Assembly (NCBI RefSeq): GCF_963921235.1
Contig: NC_086109.1
Location: 14,572,001 to 14,636,000 of the forward strand
Direction of reading: 5' to 3'
From: Mobula hypostoma
Lineage: Eukaryota
Length of the DNA stretch: 64,000 nt
This document shows, piece after piece, positions 62,975 through 64,000 of the stretch; position 1 is the stretch's first letter, and every line of letters starts with the position of its first letter. The notes under the pieces were generated by a model. The model searched no databases. It was not told the origin of the DNA and was given only the letters and a program-made list of their open reading frames with translations. Both the position numbers and the translations under genes were made by a program.

Positions 62975-63610
62975 TCAGAAACGTAGAGGTCGGGAAGCAC
63001 TTGAGGGTGAAAATGATATCGCAGCCCTCCGGTGAAAATGATATTGTATCCGTTAAATAGGGGCCATGGACAATTCTGATTTGAGGGAGACAGACGTGAA
63101 AGCACAGAGGAACATCTGGTGAAGTTTCTGAAATGCCCGGTTCGCTGCCGCTGTTACAGGGCGATCGAGAATCTTCCGAAGGGAAGGCCCCAAAATCCCC
63201 GGCTTTGCCTGCTGCTGGCGACCGAGATTGAGGTCAAATTGTTCGGATAGAGATAGTGCTCGGTACTTAGTGTCGGAAGGCTGATTGGCGGCTCGAAGTT
63301 TTCGGACAACTCAGAGTCGGACTGTGGTCGGGCATGGCAGGGAGAGTTTTCTTCCTTCTCCCGTCTGCGTGAGATGTGGAACATTTGAGAGACTTTGAAC
63401 TTTTTACTGTGCCGTGGACTGTTCTTCATCAAGTTATGGTATTGTTGCACTTCTGTAACTATATGTTATAATTATGTGGTTTTGTTAATTTTTTCAGTCT
63501 TGGTCTGTCCTGTGTTTTGTGATATCACACCGGAGGAAATATTGTATCATTTCTTAATGCATGCATTAATAAATGACAATAAAAGAGGACTGCATGTCTT
63601 CATAATCTAA
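62975..63610 (+). mobile_element. Young CpG-rich interspersed repeat, probably a long LINE 3' UTR or non-autonomous retroposon
   Basis: CpG-rich 5' part, T-rich 3' part, AATAAA and an 'aatctaa' end. Family not verified. Confidence 0.4.
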
Positions 63611-64000
63611 AAGTATTGCTGATGGGGTTTGGGAAAAGGGATGAGGGAAGGCTCACACAGTAGGTGAGCCAAATGGTGTATATTCATCAAATGACCCATG
63701 TTTATCCACAATTTTGTACAGAACGGAGTAATCAATAGGACCCAGAAAAGTAGCCCTCTCCCACCCATCAGTAGAATTGGATTCTGGTGAAGAAAAAAGG
63801 ATCAGCCATGATTGAATGGCAGAGCAGACTCAATGGGCCAGATGGCCTAATTCTGCTCCTATGTCTTATGGGCTTATGATCTACAAAACAGTATGAATGA
63901 GAATCAACTTAATATTTGCAATGCAGGTACGGGGCAGGTCAATGATTCAGGAACCACAGGGCAACAGAACCACTTCCCATATAATATTGGATCATTGATG

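Overview
This is vertebrate genomic DNA. The repeat families (HE1-like V-SINEs, CR1/HER1-like and Rex1/Babar-like LINE ends) point to a cartilaginous fish, probably a ray; the taxon is an inference. Most of the window is decayed mobile DNA, and I could not identify any host protein-coding gene. Several unique islands with splice donors/acceptors and promoter-like motifs suggest the window is mostly the 5' intronic region of a minus-strand gene with alternative first exons (low confidence). The strongest structural signal is a Penelope-like element (PLE; RT YIDD plus GIY-YIG endonuclease). It appears as one young, TSD-flanked, internally inverted 1.96-kb insertion (37624-39583) and about 20 short pLTR-derived copies. 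Each pLTR carries a minimal type-I hammerhead ribozyme motif (cagtc-CUGANGA-A-GGGU(N4)GCCC-GAAACGUC/U-gacug) with no intramolecular helix III. Many copies start at the ribozyme, and many form tail-outward inverted pairs. Also present: degenerate Gypsy LTR elements and solo LTRs, RTE fragments, TSD-flanked tRNA-SINEs, Tc1/mariner-like mini-hairpins that bracket cargo in pairs, minisatellites and an HNF1/HNF4-like motif cluster. All calls were made by eye, without database searches.
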